A program made the position numbers and the translations under genes. Of a DNA stretch of 64,000 nucleotides, positions 56,736-64,000 are shown one piece after another. The notes under the pieces were generated by a model. That model saw only the letters and a list, made by a program, of their open reading frames with translations, did no database searches and had not been told where the DNA came from. The stretch's first letter is position 1; the number at the start of each line of letters is the position of its first letter. The stretch is taken from NCBI RefSeq assembly GCF_003918875.1, contig NW_025767081.1:496001-560000 (forward strand), read 5' to 3'. The DNA is from Haliotis rubra. Its lineage: Eukaryota.

Positions 56736-56925
56736 CAGGCGGTGGGGTAGCCTAGTGGTTAAAGCGTTCGCTCGTCGCGCTGAAGTCCCGGGTTCGATTC
56801 CCCAGATGGGTGCAATGTGTGAGGCCCATTTCTGGTGTCCCCCCGCCGTGATATTGCTGTAACATTGCTAAAAGTGGCATAAAACTAACTCATTCATTCA
56901 CTCACTCCTTCACTCACTCACTCAC
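56736..56925 (+). mobile_element. SINE family A with a 13-bp TSD
   Basis: TSD TCAATACTGATCA at 56723-56735 and 56926-56938. Confidence 0.9.
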
Positions 56926-58582
56926 TCAATACTGATCAATACCGTTAGTAATAATTATATCTGAACATCCAACATACTTGAGGGTGGATGGAGGGTGCGG
57001 TGAATGGGGAGGTTGTGCGTGGCAGCTTCGAGTAAACATCTTTCTTTATGAATATGATAACTTGATAAATAAGTCTTCTTATTGCGATTTTTGTGAATAC
57101 GTTTTGGGGTGGACATTTTCACTCGGTCCAGAACACGACCAGCTGTCTAGCTTTGGGGAAATCCCATATTCCATTTCAAGTCTCTTAGAGACAAGAATGA
57201 ACTGGTTATGGGTTCGAATCTTAGATTCAAAACGATTACTATCCTTAAGGCATAAAACCCATGCTTTATTGAAAATGGCTCCCTCAGTTTGATCGATCGG
57301 TCTTTCCTTTTACATGATCATCTATAATTGAAATATGGCGGCGTTGAAGCCAGTTCTGTGATATACTACTCATGATGCTCTATACAGAATGTATGCATTT
57401 GATTCATGGGATATATTGGGTGAAAGAAAGACTTCCAATTTCAGGAGTTTACACACGCTGTAAAACAAATGTATCGGCCAAATTGCTTTCAAATAAAAGA
57501 AATACGGCGCCAAGAAGAAACATCCCTTTGACAGAAAACAATAAATATATAGCCTAAATATATGAAAAATTCACAACGCACAACATATACATATATTTTT
57601 ATCGTTTCCATTCAGAACCCAAGATTTGGATACGCGATAGACAGAAACCAATACAGTTGAGAGTATTTTTACAAGGTTTAGGGAGGAAGTATCTACTTGG
57701 TGTAAACCTAATTCGACAGATGGAATTCTGATTATACTGAAGCCACATTATTGAAATAAACTGAACACGTCAATTCCTGAAGGAGCTTAACGGAGCTGTG
57801 CCTCCCCGTGCACTGCGCTCTAACACAGCCTTTTCATCATCGCTGTACACCCACTTCCAACAATCACATTCCGCGGAGGAAAGTAGTTCGCTGTTTGCTC
57901 TGAGTAATCAAATCTCTTTCGGGGGGGCACGTAAAAAGATGAGGGCCACTTTTTGAAAGAAACACGCATGTTAAGATAGGGAGGAATTCTAGAAGGAAGC
58001 TTTTATGAGTGATAATTTGATCATGAAAGTGTACAAAATACCACCCTGAGCTCAAGGTGCTTCGACAATCAGCATTACACTATTAATGAAGTAGGAACAA
58101 AATGCTTTCATCTGTAATAAAATAGCTATGGTATTGTCGTCTTGTTAGTATTGATATGACTGTGGTGCTACTTGGTTAAATGATTTAATGTACTGAGAAT
58201 TGCGCTTTATGTGATCACTCAGTGGCCTCCTGGGTAGAGCGTCTGTCCGGGGAGCGGAAGGTCGATAGTTCGATCACTTTACGCATCACACCAAAAGATG
58301 TTAAAATATCGCCATGGATAGCATTATTCGGTGATACCAGCAAGGACAGTTTGGACCTGAGTCAGTTCACTGAATCGACCTTAAAATTGGGCATATTACA
58401 AATAGTTATTTTTCACCAGCTTTAGTCTGGACACCACAATACGCGCACGCACACACGTACACACACATGCTCCCGTAGTGTTTGCGCAAAGCACAAAGTC
58501 CGTATTCATATACAGTATATGTTGACAACCAAATAGATATTGTTTGCTTGGTGAATATTAGTTAACGCCACAGCAAGCAATA

Positions 58583-59083
58583 ACTAACGGGATCGGGTGG
58601 TCAGGCTCGCTGACTTGGTTGACACATGTCATCGGTTCCCAATTGCGTAAATCGATGCTCATGCTGTTGATCACTGGATTGTCTGGTCCAGACTCGATTA
58701 TTTACAGATCGCCGCCATATAGCTGGAATATAGCTATGTGTGGCGTAAAACTAAACTCACTCACCCACTCACAGCCAGCAATAACATCTTCAGACTATTA
58801 AAATGCTGTCTGTGAATAATCCCGGACCAGACAATCCATTGATTGGCGTCATGCGCCTCTTTTTGTTTTGTTTGATTGTTGTTCAACACCACACTCAGCA
58901 ATACTCAAACTTTATGGCGCTGTGTAAATAATCCTGCCTGGACCTGACAAGCCAATGATCAACAGCATGAGCATCGATCTACGCAAAAGGCGCAAGCGTC
59001 GGCCTGACCACCCGATCCCGTTAGTCGCCTCTTACGACAAGCATGGGTTACTGAAGATCAATTCTAACCCGGATCTTCACGGG
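58583..59083. mobile_element. Inverted pair of family B repeats (+ ~58583-58770; - ~58880-59083)
   Basis: Both match the family B consensus in opposite orientations. Confidence 0.72.
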
Positions 59084-59984
59084 TAGCCTCTATATAACGC
59101 GTGCCAGCCGCATCATCGCCAGATCCCGTCAGTAGACTCTTATGTCAAACATCAGTTGCTTAAGACCGACCGTTCAAGTATAAAGCATTGCATATATTGC
59201 ATTACATTACTTGCCAAAAATGGCTTTATATCTGCTACTGTAGGAAGTTTGACTTTGTCTTCTAGAAGCTACTGTACATTGTCAAACATGTATATGTGAC
59301 AATGTGCCGTCTCTTTCCTGTAAAATCATTCCATGTAGCCGATTCTGCTTATGCAAAATAGTTAATATTTGTCCAGCTTCAAAGAAAGCAGAAGCTGTCA
59401 CGCCATAACATTGACGTTCAATTGTACAAAGACTGAATTCGGCAGTTGTGGATCTTAGAAAATGAGGACTATGTTTTAGCTCTTTGATAACATGATTCTG
59501 TTTGGACTGTAAACGTCATCAAATAAAGAAACTACATAGATGTAGTAACTGGGGAATCTGTGACAAAACGTGATGAAATGGTAAAGGCAGGTTCATCAAC
59601 AACTCTTGCTTGTCGCTCTCAGAACAGGGAGCTCTTATCACCAAGGGTGCAGAAATCCTTTCAGATGAGAACTTGTATTTGAGTGGAACATTCGCGATTA
59701 CAAACCCTCTTGTCCTGTGCAATTAATACCGCCCTGAAGGTATTTACAAAAGCCAGGCTTGTGTTAAAGAATTTTGTTTGCATATTTCATTTAATTTCAG
59801 TCACTCTAAAATCAAATGTTTACTCATTATATTACATATTGTTTTAGGGAAGCAGTATTTACACTTGGCGGCGTGAATGTTGATTTTCAATACAATGATT
59901 TGGCGAGAGGAAACTATTTCACTGGAAGAGTCGTAATGGAGGACTACTTTATGGAGCTGGTGCATACTACAATGGTGTTATCAA

Positions 59985-61001
59985 TACCTAAATACTGGAT
60001 TCTACCTAAATACTGGATTCTAACTTTATTCTATCTAATACTGGATTCTACCTAAATACTAGATTCTATCTAATACTGGATTCTACCTAAATACTGGATT
60101 CTACCTAAATACTGGATTCCATCTAATACTGGATTCTACCTAAATACTGGATTCTACCTAAATACTGGATTCTACCTAAATACTAGATTCTGCCTAAATA
60201 CTGGATTCTACCTAAATACTAGATTCTATCTAATACTGGATTCTACCTAAATACTGGATTCTACCTAAATACTAGATTCTACCTAATACTGGATTCTACC
60301 TAAATACTAGATTCTACCTAAATACTGGATTCTACCTAAATACTAGATTCTATCTAATACTGGATTCTACCTAAAGACTTGATTCTACCTAAATACTGGA
60401 TTCTACCTAAATACCTGATTCTACCTAAATACTGGATTCTACCTAATACTGGATTCTACCTAAATACTGGATTCTACCTAAATACTAGATTCTACCTAAA
60501 TACTGGATTCTACCTAAATACTAGATTCTATCTAATACTGGATTCTACCTAAAGACTGGATTCTACCTAAATACTGGATTCTAACTTTCTTCTATCTAAT
60601 ACTGGATTCTACCTAAATACTAGATTCTATCTAATACTGGATTCTACCTAAATACTGGATTCTACCTAAATACTAGATTCTAATCGCCCCTAAATACTAG
60701 ATTCTAACTAATACTGGATTCTACCTAAATACTGGATTCTACCTAAATACTGGATTCTACCTAATACTGGATTCTACCTAAATACTGGATTCTACCTAAA
60801 TACTGGATTCTACCTAAATACCTGATTCTACCTAATACTGGATTCTACCTAAATACTGGATTCTACCTCAATACTAGATTCTACCTAAATACTGGATTCT
60901 ACCTAAAGACTGGATTCTACCTAAATACTAGATTCTACCTAAATACCTGATTCTACCTAATACTGGATTCTACCTAAATACTGGATTCTACCTAAATACT
61001 G
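59985..61001. repeat. 18-bp (17-bp variant) minisatellite TACCTAAATACTGGATTC, ~55 copies
   Basis: Direct tandem units. Confidence 0.95.
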
Positions 61002-61055
61002 CTCCAATGAAGTTTAGGAAAACCGGTTCTTTCGTATTATTATAGGTAATTCTAG

Positions 61056-61322
61056 ACTCACTCAGTCACTCACTCGCCCAACCACCCGCCACATCACACC
61101 GCACACTCACTTACCCACCACCCATCCGTCCACTCACTCATCCACCCACTCACTCACCCAACCAGTCACTCAATCATCCACCCACCTATCCACTCATTCA
61201 TCCATTCACCCCCCAATCAACCCATCCTTTCATCCACCCAGTCACTCACATGCCACTCAGACACCCACTCACTCACTAACCCACCCACTCACTCACTCAC
61301 TAACCCACACACCCATCCACCC
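61056..61322. repeat. Degenerate (CACT/CACC/CATC)n tetranucleotide tract
   Basis: Visible 4-bp periodicity. Confidence 0.85.
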
Positions 61323-61547
61323 TGGCTCAATGTGTCACAGTCCACGTCTAATCTTGTACCTTGAATCCATACAGGTGTGCAAAACAACTAAAACGAAAAA
61401 AAAATTAAAAAATTACTGTTGGACTTTTTTAGGAGATATATTCGACGGAAACTACACATCCGATCCGCCGATTTGTTCGTAAGTCGTAAGTCTATGTTAA
61501 AGTATGGGAGTTACGATCATCTTAGCGCTTCGACAGTTTCGTGGAAC

Positions 61548-61900
61548 GGTGAGGTGAAATTGGGTTTTACGTCGTGCTTGAGAATATTTCGCTCATATGA
61601 CGACGTGCATGCGTGTGTAAACTGTATGTGCGGCTGCTTGTACTAGCCCAGACTGAAGCTGGTTTTATAGTGCTAGCCCACTGAGATACCATGCCGCAGT
61701 GAAGCATGAATACCCCACTCAGACACATTATACTGACTCCGAGCCGACCAGTCCTTGTTGGACCCATTAATGCCCAGCGCCAGGCAGGGACCAACAAGTA
61801 CCATATTTTAACGTCTTTTGATGTAACACGGCCGGGGATCGAACCCGCGACCTTCCGCTCTCCTGGCGGACGCTCTAACCACTACACCACGGAGGCGGTC
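61548..61900 (-). mobile_element. tRNA-derived SINE, family C (~350 bp)
   Basis: A box TGGTGTAGTGG, B box GGTTCGATCCC, (TCACC)n tail; degenerate copies at ~1805-2035, 13110-13290, 18400-18510, 26383-26600, 37080-37250, 41110-41290 and 58222-58365. Confidence 0.8.
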
Positions 61901-63524
61901 TTCGTGGACTCCTTTCACGAAGCAACCTTTACTAAGGTTAACCTTAACTCCCATTCTTTATCATTGCACTATGGTTACCTTAGTCACTTACGATCACCTT
62001 AGTGCAGTGTATGAAATAAGGCCCATCTGACAGCCCAAGACGGGCTAGATTTCTACCGGATGGTCTACTTTTACAGCTAGCCAACCAGATGGACGGGTGA
62101 AAAAAATATTCAAATAACGTGTCCACTGGCACTGTCTATATAGTATTTAATATCTGGTTAAATCTCTTCTGGGTTCGTAAGTTTTTGAAGTTATACACTG
62201 CTTAGTGCTTTGTGAAAGGAGGCCCAGGTCTAATCTTGTACCTTGAATTCCCACAGGCGTGAAAAACATACTGAAAACAAAAACGAAATAAAATCCCATT
62301 TCACAGTTGGACTTTTTTTATGAACTCCAAGAAATATTCAACGACAGAAACTACATGTCCGCATCCGTCGATTTGTTTCAACAAGTTCTGATACGAAACG
62401 CGAACTGCCATTTCTTTCACCAACACATTGTAAACCTTGTTTCGCTTGTGTGCCACCGGAGCCATCTGTAAATCGCCCACTAAAAGTTTAAACATAGGAT
62501 CTCTCTGGAGATGTGTGCGAGTGAAGTGAAAGTCGTTTGTTTTAGATTTAGGAACTTATTTTGCAGTGGGCGTTTAAGAAATATACGCACTCATGCTTTG
62601 AACCACTGACAAAAAAACTATTCCTTTATGGCTTTTTCGGGAGGAAACCAGCTCCGGTATAAGGTTTTCACATTAGCAATTAACGTGCTTGGCAGACGCG
62701 GTACGTGAAATTGGGACAAGTTGTGTCCCCGAAGAACGATGGAAAACATTGCTGACGGACTTCGGTATATATCTGATTAAACTTGGGACTATCCAAAGAA
62801 CATGTCATCCATAGTGTTTGTGATTATCTAGTTGCCAGTACAAAGTGTCATATAAGTCATATAAGTCATATAAGTCTTTTGTTCTGTTCACTGCTGATGG
62901 AGGGAACTGATAAGATCTATATAATTATGATGTTTCGTTTCTCACGCGAGGGGCCCTAGAGAGGAAGTGTCGTCATCACTTCCGGTGCACAGTACGACCT
63001 TCACCTTCATGCGACTAGGAGGACATGGGAAGATCCCTGTGTGAGAAAGTTCTTCGTTGACTTGTACGTTTTAACTACAGAGAGAATCTCCGTTTACTAA
63101 AATAACAAAAAGTTCACAGAAGTTCTGAGTCACTGAAAATACGGTCATACAAATGTCAACGTGCCCTTGAAGCGTGTCCGGTTGTATGCCTCTTATATTT
63201 GTCCAATGTTGTTTTAGATAATTTACACGCTTTATCGACGGAAACCTATACGCTCACTTTGACAAGCAAAAACTTATCGGTGATGTTGCAATTCCAGTGA
63301 CAATTAGGCCAACCTTGTAAGTTAAGTTCAAACCCGAAAAGAAACGCTTTAATTGAAAAAAGGTGTCGGTGTATCGTGACACTTTTTATGCTGGAACTAA
63401 TGCCCACAGCCTGATACAGATCACGAGATGTGTAGGACCACACTAGAAGACACGCTGTTGTTCAGAGATTAACATAAAAAAACACTTGATGGGGGTCCTT
63501 TATAACCGTATCCATAACTGATTG

Positions 63525-64000
63525 GTGTCCTATCTAACTATGCCCATACTAGTGAGGTGTCCTGTCTAACTATGCTCATACTAGCGAGGCGTCCTATCTA
63601 ACTATGCTCATACTAGCGAGGCGTCCTGTCTGTGCCCATACTAGCGAGGCGTCCTATCTAACTATGCCCATACTATCGAGGCATCTTATCTAACTATGCC
63701 CATACTAGCGAGGCGTCCTATCTAACTATGCCCATAGTAGTGAGGTATCCTGTCTGTGCTCATACTAGCGAGGCGTCCTATCTAACTATGCCCACACTAG
63801 CGGATAGTCCTGTCTAACCATGCCCATACTAACGAGGCGTCCTATCTAACTATGCCCATACTAGCGAGGCGTCCTATCTAACTATGCCCATACTAGCGAG
63901 GCGTCCCATCTAACTATGCCCACACTAGCGGAGTGTCCTGTCTAACTATGCCCATACTAGCGGAGCGTCTGTCTAACCATGCCCATACTAGCGAGGCGTC
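63525..64000. repeat. 32-bp minisatellite CTAACTATGCCCATACTAGCGAGGCGTCCTAT, running off the window end
   Basis: Period of 32 (63534 to 63566) with occasional shortened units. Confidence 0.93.

Noticed and set aside
57300-58060. GC-richer stretch with a YY1-like AATATGGCGG motif as a possible ncRNA or exon
   Set aside because: No recognisable RNA family, ORF or termini; probably a repeat fragment and cannot be supported.
59575-59610. KGRFINNSC resembling the SET-domain RFINHSC motif
   Set aside because: The short frame is closed by stops and lacks the other SET motifs; chance similarity.
61348-62378. Degenerate ~140-bp direct repeat (61348-61478 and 62229-62378) and MITE-like ends around the family C SINE
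   Set aside because: Too diverged to define boundaries or family by eye.
56143-64000. 23-, 18- and 32-bp tandem arrays as possible CRISPR arrays
   Set aside because: Units are directly adjacent with no unique spacers, there are no cas genes, and the context is eukaryotic.

Overview
Eukaryotic, AT-rich, repeat-laden animal DNA. The tRNA-derived SINEs with (ACTC)n tails and the Tc1 elements suggest a mollusc such as abalone, which is an inference only. The window is dominated by a tandem cluster of 11 single-exon (intronless CDS), signal-peptide-bearing iduronate-2-sulfatase-like genes (formylglycine-dependent sulfatases, IDS/S1_7 type). Nine are close paralogs on the - strand (3.6-46.9 kb), arranged as two duplicated blocks (A-B-C-D and A'-B'-X-C'-D'); copy 4 has a nonsense codon. 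Two are older divergent paralogs: 49981-51525 (+) and 52514-54042 (-, with a 1-bp frameshift). There is also a small relic of a 12th copy. Paralogs are nearly identical in the catalytic core but differ sharply in loops next to active-site residues, and share a GATA/forkhead/TATA-like upstream module. Intergenic DNA holds decayed Tc1/mariner transposons, L1/Tx1-like and other LINE fragments, three SINE families, a MITE-like hairpin, and micro/minisatellites. The last ~10 kb has no confidently identifiable gene.
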